Below are positions 20,208 to 29,701 of a DNA stretch of 64,000 nucleotides, one piece after another. Every line of letters starts with the position of its first letter. Positions within the stretch are counted from its first letter, which is position 1. Made by a program: the position numbers and the translations under genes. The DNA is from a virus: the IMG/VR virus record IMGVR_UViG_3300048837_000549, positions 1-64,000 of that record; one strand, 5' to 3'. Below the pieces are notes generated by a model that searched no databases, was not told where the DNA came from, and saw only the letters and a program-made list of their open reading frames with translations.

Positions 20208-20360
20208 AAGACTTACTAAATAAAGAGTATGAAAAGCTTAAATTGATTACAAAAGATTATGTCATCTCTGTAGATCAACTTGATGAGTACCATGAAATAC
20301 AGAATAGAATAAAAGAGTTGAGATTACTAGTAGGTACTAATCAATAAGGAGAATATTATT

Positions 20361-21596
20361 TTGAAAGTTCTTATTTGTGGTGACAGTTTTAAAAATATAA
20401 CGGGGCTTAACGAAGTATCATTTAATATAATCAAGTATTTTTATAATAAGGGATATGAAGTTGGCTACTGTGTTATTTCAGGAGAATCTTGTAAACCAGA
20501 CGATTTAAAAAAATTAGGTAATAACCTATATGAATATTTCTTCGACACACCCTTATTTAATTGTCAAAAAGAGCAATCTAATTTTGATACTGCAATACAA
20601 TTATTCAAACCTGATATAGTATTCTCTGCTCATGATTTATGGAAACTTGAAAAAATAATGTTATCAGATTATCGATCAACTTATAAATGGATTGCATACT
20701 GTCCTATTGAAAGTGATTACTATTCAGACCATATTGTATTGCCCGATAAAAATAGTTTTAGAAAATCACTACCCGAAATAGTTAATAATATTGATTTAAT
20801 AATACCATATACAGATATGGGCAAACGGGTATTACAAAAATTAGGGGCTACAAATATAACTGAAAAAGTATTTAATGGTATTGAAGATATATATATTGAG
20901 TCTGTGAATCGTCAAGAAGTATTTAAAGGATTAGTTAAAGATTCAGATTTTATATTTATGACAAATACAACCAATTTCCAAAGAAAAGGTCTCGCATATA
21001 TTATTGAAGCCTTTAACTCATTTGTAAATCAACTTGACAATAGGGAAAATTATAAACTATATATACATGGTCAAATTGACACCATAGATCAAGGAACTGA
21101 TATTAAATCTATGGTTATTGATTTGGAGTTAAGTAATAATGTTATTTATTCTAAAAATGAACAAATATCAAAAAGAGAATTATATAAACGATATAGATGT
21201 TGCGATTGTTATATTGGACTACCATTAGCCGAAGGATTTGGATTACCTTTTGCTGAAGCTATGATAAATAAATTACCTATCATAAGTTCGGGATTTGGTG
21301 GGCATATTGAATATTTGCAACAAACATATGAAGTTGGATATGTAAGTTATTTTTACCCCAACAATCAATACACTTTATGGAAGATTCCCCAAGTGGATGA
21401 AGCTGTTTGTGGAATGTTTTATTATACTAACAATTTAACTAATATAAAAGAAAGAACAAAAGAAAATTATAACTATGCAAAAGAAAATCTTACATGGGAT
21501 AAAGTGTATAAAAGATTTGACGAAATATTAAAACCTTTTCTTGATATTTATATTCAATCGATAGATAATAAGTTAACATTAAGGAGAATAATTTGA
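20361..21596 (+). CDS. glycosyltransferase, GT-B fold (GT4-like)
   Basis: RKGL, EGFGLPFAEAM. Confidence 0.88.
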   Translation: MKVLICGDSFKNITGLNEVSFNIIKYFYNKGYEVGYCVISGESCKPDDLKKLGNNLYEYFFDTPLFNCQKEQSNFDTAIQLFKPDIVFSAHDLWKLEKIMLSDYRSTYKWIAYCPIESDYYSDHIVLPDKNSFRKSLPEIVNNIDLIIPYTDMGKRVLQKLGATNITEKVFNGIEDIYIESVNRQEVFKGLVKDSDFIFMTNTTNFQRKGLAYIIEAFNSFVNQLDNRENYKLYIHGQIDTIDQGTDIKSMVIDLELSNNVIYSKNEQISKRELYKRYRCCDCYIGLPLAEGFGLPFAEAMINKLPIISSGFGGHIEYLQQTYEVGYVSYFYPNNQYTLWKIPQVDEAVCGMFYYTNNLTNIKERTKENYNYAKENLTWDKVYKRFDEILKPFLDIYIQSIDNKLTLRRII

Positions 21597-22723
21597 AATT
21601 ATTATATATAGCCCCTTTATCGACTGATAAACAAACCTCAAGTGGTTATACAAATGCTAGTGATGGGATGCTCAAAGTTTATAATAGAATGAAAAATGAA
21701 GGTGTATTTAGTGTTGTAGATACTATTTCTAATCCCTATAGTTTTGATATACCTAAAGATAGCTATGATATATGTTTAGTTAATCTTAATATAGGATTAT
21801 TATTAAAGAAAGAAGAAACATTAGCACTTTATTATAATTTAAAAACTAAATGTAAGAAAATGTATTTAAGCATAGTTTGGGAAGCGACCCCATATCCCGA
21901 ATTTTGGAATAAATTATTTAAAGAGTATAACATATTTGATGGATATCTTTTTCCGTCCAAATTTTGTAAGAATCTTTTATATGACATAAAAAAACCAAAA
22001 TATTACTATCCTCATTTTATAGATTCAACCATATTTTTTCCTTGCGATAGAGAAATAAAAGAAAATGAAAATATATTTACAGTTTTAATGACGGGTCAAT
22101 TAACCGAAAGAAAGGGATTTAGGGAAGGCATAATTGCATTTTCTCAAGAGCTTGGAGATATAAAAGATTGCAGACTTATAATAAAATCAAATAGGATGAG
22201 TAAATATGAGGAAAGTATTGAAAGTCAAATAGAAAGATACTCTTTAATGAATGGGTTAACTGAAGCACAGATATTTACAATAACGGATACGAATTTAACT
22301 CAACAAGAAATGATTGATCTTTATCATTCAAGTTCAGTAGTACTTTTACCATCAAAAGGAGAAGGTTTTGGATTAAATTTACCTGAAGCAATGTCTTGTG
22401 GTATACCTTGTATATATGCTAAAAATTCTGCTTGGGAAGATGCGAAATATGCTTCATGGAGTAATTATCCTTTGTCTTATATTCCTAAAGGAGTTGAATC
22501 TATGATACATTATGGGTATTCTGTTAATATGGTATGGAGTGATGTTTCTATTTTAGATATAAAATATGCTCTTAAATATTTTTATAATAAATGGGTTAAT
22601 CATAGAGAGAATTATTATGCTTATATTGAAGAGGATAATTTGAAAATATCTAATCTCTATGGATATGATGTAATAAAACAATGTATACTAGATATAATAG
22701 AAGAAAAGGAGAGGGTTCAATGA
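21593..22723 (+). CDS. glycosyltransferase, GT-B fold (GT4-like)
   Basis: VWEAT, ERKG, PSKGEGFGLNLPEAMSCGIP. Confidence 0.88.
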   Translation: MKLLYIAPLSTDKQTSSGYTNASDGMLKVYNRMKNEGVFSVVDTISNPYSFDIPKDSYDICLVNLNIGLLLKKEETLALYYNLKTKCKKMYLSIVWEATPYPEFWNKLFKEYNIFDGYLFPSKFCKNLLYDIKKPKYYYPHFIDSTIFFPCDREIKENENIFTVLMTGQLTERKGFREGIIAFSQELGDIKDCRLIIKSNRMSKYEESIESQIERYSLMNGLTEAQIFTITDTNLTQQEMIDLYHSSSVVLLPSKGEGFGLNLPEAMSCGIPCIYAKNSAWEDAKYASWSNYPLSYIPKGVESMIHYGYSVNMVWSDVSILDIKYALKYFYNKWVNHRENYYAYIEEDNLKISNLYGYDVIKQCILDIIEEKERVQ

Positions 22724-23883
22724 TATATGTAATCGGAGATTCACACGCTTTAAGATTTAAAGATAAAATGTTTGTAACTAAGGAAATAGTTTATGCTACG
22801 GCTCATAATTTAATCGAGGAGAATTCTACATCAAAAGGAAGAGAAAAAACTTTAGAATATTTAGAAACAATAGATAAAAAAGAAAAGATTCTATTTGCTT
22901 TTGGGGAAATAGATTGTAGAAGTCATATTATAAAAAAACATCCTGACGAACCTTTCAAGGGGGTGGTTGAGACAGTAGATAGATATTTTCAATTTATTTT
23001 AGAAGTATGGAAAAAAGGTTGGAAAAACTTGGTTATATTCGCCCCTATCGCTTCAACTCCTTGGACATTTGATTCAGGGGAATTTCCTACTATAGGATCG
23101 GTACGAGATAGGAATTATGTGACTTATATGTTTGGCAAATATTTAGAAGATAAATGTAATAAACATAATTTAATGTTTGTTTCTATCTATGAGGATTTGA
23201 TTAAATTACCTTTTATTCCTAATCCCGAATGCTATCAAGATGATCATATCCATATTAAACCAGAAGTACAAGTTGAATTCTTTAAAAATAAATATAGAGA
23301 AAAACATATACCTTTTAAATATGGTGGTAGAAATAGAAAAGTTTCTTTTAATAAAGTTCTTAATCATTTAGATAATATTGAAAATCCTATTATGGTGGAA
23401 ATTGGTCAAACTAGAAATTATTATAACTGGAATGGTGACGGTTATTCAACTCCTTTATTCTCATGGTATATAAGTCAAAGGCCCGACGGACAATTTTACT
23501 CGATTGATATTTCTGATAATTCAAAAATATATGAAGGTATATTTGGAATATGGGGTATAAGAAAAGATAGAATAAATATATTACAACAAGATGGAATTAA
23601 ATTTTTACAAGAATTTGAAAACAAAATTGACTTTCTTTATCTTGACGCATGGGATTATCATAAGACTAATATAGAAATGCAAACTATTTCAGAAACAATG
23701 CATTTGGAAGCCTTTAAAATTGCTGAGCTAAAATTAAATGAAAATGCTTTAATTTTGATAGATGATATTCTAGATCAAGAAACTCTTATAGGTAAAGGTA
23801 AACTACTAATACCCTATATGATAGATAATGGGTATGAACTTATACATAAAGGTTATCAGTTTCTATTTAAAAAAATAAAATAA
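22720..23883 (+). CDS. SGNH/GDSL hydrolase fused to a class I SAM methyltransferase
   Basis: IGDSH, GEIDCR, DDHIH; then VEIG, YSIDI, IDFLYLDA, ILIDD. Confidence 0.75.
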   Translation: MIYVIGDSHALRFKDKMFVTKEIVYATAHNLIEENSTSKGREKTLEYLETIDKKEKILFAFGEIDCRSHIIKKHPDEPFKGVVETVDRYFQFILEVWKKGWKNLVIFAPIASTPWTFDSGEFPTIGSVRDRNYVTYMFGKYLEDKCNKHNLMFVSIYEDLIKLPFIPNPECYQDDHIHIKPEVQVEFFKNKYREKHIPFKYGGRNRKVSFNKVLNHLDNIENPIMVEIGQTRNYYNWNGDGYSTPLFSWYISQRPDGQFYSIDISDNSKIYEGIFGIWGIRKDRINILQQDGIKFLQEFENKIDFLYLDAWDYHKTNIEMQTISETMHLEAFKIAELKLNENALILIDDILDQETLIGKGKLLIPYMIDNGYELIHKGYQFLFKKIK

Positions 23884-23893
23884 GGAGATTGCT

Positions 23894-24154
23894 ATGAAAC
23901 AATCAGATTCAATTAAAATATTTGATAAGTTAAATAAAGTAATTAATGGCTCGAAAAGTATAGTAGAAAACATCAATAATAGTTCTTCAATAAATCATGA
24001 GAAAGCTATTAAAGCTTCTATGCTCAATTCTATTCTTATTGCCGAAGCTTTGAAAGATATACTGAGAGATATAGTTGTTTTGGATAAAAATCCAAACTCT
24101 AAAATGGATTTACCTGAGGGATTTGAGGAATTATTCGGGGGATTTAGAAAATGA
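23894..24154 (+). CDS. hypothetical protein
   Basis: AGGAG RBS. Confidence 0.55.
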   Translation: MKQSDSIKIFDKLNKVINGSKSIVENINNSSSINHEKAIKASMLNSILIAEALKDILRDIVVLDKNPNSKMDLPEGFEELFGGFRK

Positions 24155-24882
24155 GTAAAACATACGTAACAATGACAGCTATTCAAAATAGATTTATGAA
24201 TTTTGAACAAACTATTCCCCTACTCGCTGATAACGCTGACAAAGTATTTATAAAAATTTGTGGTACACTTGAGTACCCAAAAATACTAGATTCATATAGT
24301 AATATAGAAGTGGAAGTATCTGAGGATAGACTTGGATCGGAGGAAAAATTTCATGGATTCAAAAAAGTAAAAGAAGATGGGTATGTTTTTACTTGCGATG
24401 ACGACATCCTGTACACCTCCACATATTTTAAAATTATGAAACAAGCCATAGATAGATATGATAAACAATGTGGAGTATCTCTTCATGCAGGGTTTATAGA
24501 TTTTAAAGTGATTCAAGCCAATTATTACAAACATCGCAGAATGTTCTCAATGTATCATCCCCTAGATAAAGATGTTCAAGTTAATGCTATCTTCTCTGTT
24601 ACAGCAGCATATCATACTTCTACATTTAAAATAACACCTGAAGATTGTCCTATACATCAAATGGATGACGCTTATGCTACGGTAGAACTTTCTAAAAGAG
24701 ATTTAAAAATAATATCTCCCGCAAGACCTGAAGGTATGATTAAACAATTACAAGTAGGTGGATACGCCATTCATGCCAATAAAGGAGGCTCTGGCGGACA
24801 CCCCGTGGAAAGCATAGATAAGTTGTTTAATGATAACAAAGAAATGTTAATAGCTTATCAAGAAAGACATACAGGAATTTAA
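24151..24882 (+). CDS. glycosyltransferase, GT-A fold (GT2-like)
   Basis: FTCDDDILY DxD motif; MDD. Confidence 0.75.
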   Translation: MSKTYVTMTAIQNRFMNFEQTIPLLADNADKVFIKICGTLEYPKILDSYSNIEVEVSEDRLGSEEKFHGFKKVKEDGYVFTCDDDILYTSTYFKIMKQAIDRYDKQCGVSLHAGFIDFKVIQANYYKHRRMFSMYHPLDKDVQVNAIFSVTAAYHTSTFKITPEDCPIHQMDDAYATVELSKRDLKIISPARPEGMIKQLQVGGYAIHANKGGSGGHPVESIDKLFNDNKEMLIAYQERHTGI

Positions 24883-24884
24883 AT

Positions 24885-25550
24885 ATGAGAATACTTTACA
24901 CAAGTTTATTTCCAAGACTTCCTTATAAACAACATGAACAAGAGAATTTAGAATTTTTTATGGATTCAGTCAAATATCATAATTATAATAATTTTAAATA
25001 TATAATAGCTTCTGCTCATTCATTTATGTTAAAAAATTCTTATGATTATTTTTTAGATACTGATTTTACATATAATGAAAAAATGAATGAAGAAAGAGGG
25101 CATGAAATATCTTTTTCAAAACAAAAATTATTTCAATTATCAAATGAAATAATGAAAGAGCAAGAAATAGATTACCTTTTCTATATAGATTCTGACATGA
25201 TGATAGATAGTAAAGATGTAGTTGAGTTATGTAAAGCTCTAGAATATAAAGAAAATACTTTTGTAAATATACCTTATGTTCTTAGAGATCTTAAAAAAGT
25301 ATCTAATTCTAGTTTTGGTTGTTATATTATACCCTTTAAAATTTTAAAAGAAAATCCTGATTTATATGAAGTAATATATAGAACTAAAATAGTGGATGAT
25401 CAGATATGTAGAATAGGGGCTCCAGATTGTAATATAAGGGAAGAACTTATACGAAGAGGTTATAAAGAGTTAAATGCTCATAATATAAATACTAGACATT
25501 ATATAGACAATGAAAATTTTCTTGAATACGATAATGGAGTAATAAAATAA
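24885..25550 (+). CDS. putative GT-A glycosyltransferase
   Basis: DYLFYIDSDM, FGCYII, PDC, RHY. Confidence 0.6.
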   Translation: MRILYTSLFPRLPYKQHEQENLEFFMDSVKYHNYNNFKYIIASAHSFMLKNSYDYFLDTDFTYNEKMNEERGHEISFSKQKLFQLSNEIMKEQEIDYLFYIDSDMMIDSKDVVELCKALEYKENTFVNIPYVLRDLKKVSNSSFGCYIIPFKILKENPDLYEVIYRTKIVDDQICRIGAPDCNIREELIRRGYKELNAHNINTRHYIDNENFLEYDNGVIK

Positions 25551-25639
25551 TTTTAAAATTTAATTTTACTAATAAATAAATAAGTGGTATTCGGGAATTA
25601 TATATTCCTTAAAATTTAGTACCATAGAGGTAAATTAGC

Positions 25640-25915
25640 ATGGAAAAAACATGGAGAAAGAGTTCAGTACACATTACTGATACTGCCGTTACCGCAGATG
25701 CTTCTGCAAACCAAAAAGATATTGTAGTATCTACAAACACCCCAACAGATGACTTCGTTTATAATATTAACATTAAACGAGCAAGAGTAGATGTAACTAA
25801 CAATGCAATTCACTTTTATAACCCTAATTCAGGTACAGTTGTTATAAGAGATAACAGTACTGATTACGTTATTACTGCTGGAGATGTTATTACAATTTCT
25901 GGAACATATCTATAA
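25640..25915 (+). CDS. small virion structural protein
   Basis: T/V-rich beta composition, ITAGDVITI; late motif at 25567. Confidence 0.5.
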   Translation: MEKTWRKSSVHITDTAVTADASANQKDIVVSTNTPTDDFVYNINIKRARVDVTNNAIHFYNPNSGTVVIRDNSTDYVITAGDVITISGTYL

Positions 25916-25936
25916 TTGTTATAGTTATTAACTGCT

Positions 25937-25970
25937 AAGAGCCTATGTAGAAATACATAGGTTCTTTAAT
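25937..25970 (+). terminator. intrinsic terminator
   Basis: AAGAGCCTATGTA-GAAA-TACATAGGTTCTT followed by a T-rich tail. Confidence 0.75.
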
Positions 25971-26031
25971 TTTAATTTACTTTTTACTAATAATTAAAAT
26001 AGGAAACAATTCTTAAATGAGGAATATATAA

Positions 26032-26412
26032 ATGAAAAATAAAACTTTTACAATAAGTAAGGCACAGCTAGATACAAATGCCAATGTGATAATAGATACT
26101 TGTCTTGATATTAACGATGTTAGCCCGTCTGGGGCTACTGAATCTAGAAGATATTACCCAAGAAAAATAAATTTTCTTAATACTTCTGGTGTTGCAGTAA
26201 AAGCTAATATATTTAGTTCAGATGCTGAAATAGCTACATATACTGCAGATCCAACTAATTATGATTTTTTTACAATTCTATCAGGTACAAGCTTAATACT
26301 AACTTCTTCAGTACTTCTCCCAACTGCTTATAAAATATATGTCATACTACCTACGGGGGTAGCAACATCCGGAATGTCAATCGAATGTATTGGCTATCAA
26401 CCTTATAGATAA
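26032..26412 (+). CDS. structural protein, paralog of 34716
   Basis: Shared pattern F.I..A....RYYP....N..G...Y..DP..F.F. Confidence 0.55.
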   Translation: MKNKTFTISKAQLDTNANVIIDTCLDINDVSPSGATESRRYYPRKINFLNTSGVAVKANIFSSDAEIATYTADPTNYDFFTILSGTSLILTSSVLLPTAYKIYVILPTGVATSGMSIECIGYQPYR

Positions 26413-27025
26413 AAATGAGGCACAAATGGAAAATTTAAAAATTATTTCAGATACAGGTAATGAAAGCCAATTTCAATTTACTCAAATATTTGACGAACAA
26501 TTTATACAAATAGGAAAAACTATTCAGGAATATTATGATTATTTTGTAAATAAAATAGATAATGAATTCACTGCTACAGAAGAGAATTTTTTAGAATATA
26601 AAAATAATATTGATACACAAATAGAAGCTAACTATTCAAAAATAATCGAAATTCTTTTACATAAAGAGAAAGAATTCAATTCCATTATTAAAGATATAAT
26701 GATAGTAAGCAATGACCAAATAACAGATATTGAAAAAATAATAAATTCTAAATTTAATTATATAGATAGTGATTTAAAAGATATACATTTTAATTATGAT
26801 AATTTAAAAATAAGTATAAATAGCTCTTTGGATAAACTTGGACAACTTGTAGAGTCAAATACTGAAAGTATAAATAATCTTAAGTTATTTAATTCTGTTA
26901 TGGAAGCTGAAAACAATAAGTTAAAAAAAGAGTTAGAAATTATAAAAATTAATAATTTCAATATAAATAAAAGAAAAAGAAATATATTTCAACGGAGCAT
27001 AATCAAATTATTGGGGTTATATTAA
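26390..27025 (+). CDS. coiled-coil hypothetical protein
   Basis: Heptad-like N/I/K/E-rich sequence; start may be at the second Met. Confidence 0.5.
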   Translation: MAINLIDKNEAQMENLKIISDTGNESQFQFTQIFDEQFIQIGKTIQEYYDYFVNKIDNEFTATEENFLEYKNNIDTQIEANYSKIIEILLHKEKEFNSIIKDIMIVSNDQITDIEKIINSKFNYIDSDLKDIHFNYDNLKISINSSLDKLGQLVESNTESINNLKLFNSVMEAENNKLKKELEIIKINNFNINKRKRNIFQRSIIKLLGLY

Positions 27026-28678
27026 ATGGGAACAAAGATTACTAAATTATCTACAGGGGGCTCAGGTGGTGCCGTCGAAGTTTATGATGAGGGGGTTTTA
27101 GTTACTTCTGTTGCGTCTAAACTTAATTTTGTTGGGGCAGATATTGAAGCTAGACAAACAGGTGAATTTACAAATATATATAGTCCGGTTCCGACTTTTA
27201 GTTCTCATTTCAATACTTATGATGGGTTAACTAATGGTAACGTTCCCGATATAAGCACAACTTTAAGATATATATCAGCCCCTACATCTGAAGGGACTCC
27301 ATTTAAAATAGGTGATTGGGTAGCGGGTACTTCAAAAAGTTGTACAACTTCAACAGTATTAAGTTACACTACCCTGCAAAAAATTTCTATACTAAATAAT
27401 ACAGCAACAACATTAGAAGCTATACTATACGATGCAGATGGAACTACTCCGTTGGCAACCCATCAAATTACTTTAACAGGAAACACTGATGTTACTTCTG
27501 ATAATATTCAGATTGTAGTAACAAGTTTTATTGTTGAGGGAATAAAATACTCTGCTATACTTCAGGTTAAATTTAATATATCTACTATACTTCCTGACGG
27601 AGGGAGATTCTCAATAAAGATAACACATAATAATGGAGCTGACGGGATATTTACTAAAACACAAAATAATTTATTTTTCGATTCTAATAACAATAATGCC
27701 ACTGTGACTGTACCAACTATTACCGAAGTTACTCCTTTTACTACAGCTTGTTCTGGAGTATATTATTATAGAGATGGTTCAGTTTTTAATGTATCTATTT
27801 CGGATATTGATTATGTTAACGACAAGTCGTATCCTTTAAATCAAGTAGAAATTCTTGGAACTGAGTATGGGCTTCCTCAATTACTTATACCAGGAGCTTC
27901 CCTAACAAGCTGGTCAAATATTTGGAATAATATTAACGCGTCTTATACAAAAGCAGATTGGACATTAAATGTAGCAAATTACTATAACGTGAGTACAACA
28001 GCAAAGATACAAGCAAGAGCGAAAGATTGGGTTGACCAAGTGTTACAAGATTCTTCAGTTGCTTCTATATGTGTTATGAATTATACTGATAATAGAACAG
28101 GTATATTTGAAGATTTTAGAAATGAAGGATTTAGAGTAACTTCTGCTCTTGCTTCATGGGACAGTTTTCAAAATCTAAGCGCTTATGACGGAAATGATGG
28201 CTTGATGATTCAAGGGTCGAGATTGATATATCCATCAGGTGATTATACAACATATAGTCCTAATACTGTGAGTCAACCTGATTATTCAACTGAAACGGGG
28301 GATAGAACTTTATACACTAAGTTTTATCATTTAAGCACATCTCATTCAAATGGCATAATTGCTTTTGGAGATCATAATATCTTAGAAGCAAATATATTAT
28401 CTCAAGATATTAAAATAGAATTAAGTCTTGACGGAATTGATTGGTATAATGTTTGTTCTGATTATATAGGAGGAGCGCTCGCTAATGGTTCGGGTTGCCG
28501 TGTTGAATCAGATGCTTATTCAATAACAATAAATAATTCTCTAAAATTTACTCTCGGAACCGGGAAATCTACAACTGTTTCTACTGGTTCAGGTTGGGGA
28601 GTATGGGTTAGATTAACTTATACTTCTACTATGACAACAAAATATATAGGTAGTATTAACTTTAGTGATTGGGTATAA
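27026..28678 (+). CDS. virion structural/appendage protein
   Basis: T/S/G-rich beta protein; N-terminal VEVYDEG....ASKLNFVG motif typical of phage fibres. Confidence 0.6.
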   Translation: MGTKITKLSTGGSGGAVEVYDEGVLVTSVASKLNFVGADIEARQTGEFTNIYSPVPTFSSHFNTYDGLTNGNVPDISTTLRYISAPTSEGTPFKIGDWVAGTSKSCTTSTVLSYTTLQKISILNNTATTLEAILYDADGTTPLATHQITLTGNTDVTSDNIQIVVTSFIVEGIKYSAILQVKFNISTILPDGGRFSIKITHNNGADGIFTKTQNNLFFDSNNNNATVTVPTITEVTPFTTACSGVYYYRDGSVFNVSISDIDYVNDKSYPLNQVEILGTEYGLPQLLIPGASLTSWSNIWNNINASYTKADWTLNVANYYNVSTTAKIQARAKDWVDQVLQDSSVASICVMNYTDNRTGIFEDFRNEGFRVTSALASWDSFQNLSAYDGNDGLMIQGSRLIYPSGDYTTYSPNTVSQPDYSTETGDRTLYTKFYHLSTSHSNGIIAFGDHNILEANILSQDIKIELSLDGIDWYNVCSDYIGGALANGSGCRVESDAYSITINNSLKFTLGTGKSTTVSTGSGWGVWVRLTYTSTMTTKYIGSINFSDWV

Positions 28679-28684
28679 AATAAT

Positions 28685-29647
28685 ATGGCACAACCAAATT
28701 CAACTTTACAATTAAAATCCTCATTTTTTCATGGACTCTCCAAAACTCTTACAGAAGAAGCTCAAGCAGTATATGAATCTCTATACAAAAGTGGGCATAA
28801 TGTAGGATTAAAAGGAGTTTGGGGAGAAACTGTTTCCTATTGTGTTGATGAGACTACTGCTGACGCATTTGTTACTGCCAATCCTTTAGTAGTTAAAAAA
28901 TATACCCAGCAAGCATTAACCGAAGTTCCTGGAAGTAATGGACAAGCTTGGTATGTAGAAGATACCGGCGTATTTATGAAATATATGATAGATCCATCAG
29001 ATATACCTGAATCAAGTACAAGTGCCCCCTCTTATGGGTTTCAACAAAAACTCTACACTCAGGCAGGTGTATTTATACCTCCGACATCAGGGGCATTTTA
29101 CTATGATCCTTTTTCTGGTATAGTTCACTTTGATAAAAATTATACACCCACTACTATGGGATGGGGTACACCAAAATTAACAGCATATTATTATATAGGC
29201 AAAGACTTACAAGGAGTCCTACAAACATTAGGTGCTTTATCTTATAAAGGTACATGGGACGCTTCAACAAATACCCCACCTATTCCGGCAGCGCAAGCAG
29301 CAAATAATGGATGGTACTATGTTGTATCTACTGATGGGAGTACTTTAATCGATGGTGTAAATACATGGTTAAAAAATGACTGGATACTATCTAATGGCAC
29401 TAACTGGCAGAGACTTATACAAAATAGCTCAGGAACTCTCGACACTTTTACAATAACTGAAGGAGTAGATGATTATACTCTTTCAGGAACTCCTACTATT
29501 CCCACAAAGTCAGATGTTTATCTTGATGGTATAAGACTACAGTATGGAATAGAGTATACTATTACTTTAACACAACTATCTTTAATTCCTTCTGCTATAG
29601 GGTATAATCCAGAAACAGGGGCAAAACTAATAATTAAGTGGAGTTAA
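28685..29647 (+). CDS. virion structural protein
   Basis: YKGTWDASTNTP...GWYYVVSTDG...DWILSNGTNW module; VYLDGIRL.YG.EY. Confidence 0.6.
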   Translation: MAQPNSTLQLKSSFFHGLSKTLTEEAQAVYESLYKSGHNVGLKGVWGETVSYCVDETTADAFVTANPLVVKKYTQQALTEVPGSNGQAWYVEDTGVFMKYMIDPSDIPESSTSAPSYGFQQKLYTQAGVFIPPTSGAFYYDPFSGIVHFDKNYTPTTMGWGTPKLTAYYYIGKDLQGVLQTLGALSYKGTWDASTNTPPIPAAQAANNGWYYVVSTDGSTLIDGVNTWLKNDWILSNGTNWQRLIQNSSGTLDTFTITEGVDDYTLSGTPTIPTKSDVYLDGIRLQYGIEYTITLTQLSLIPSAIGYNPETGAKLIIKWS

Positions 29648-29701
29648 AAAATAAAATATTTTTTACTAATAAATAATAGTTCCACATGAGGTTATCTTTT
29701 A

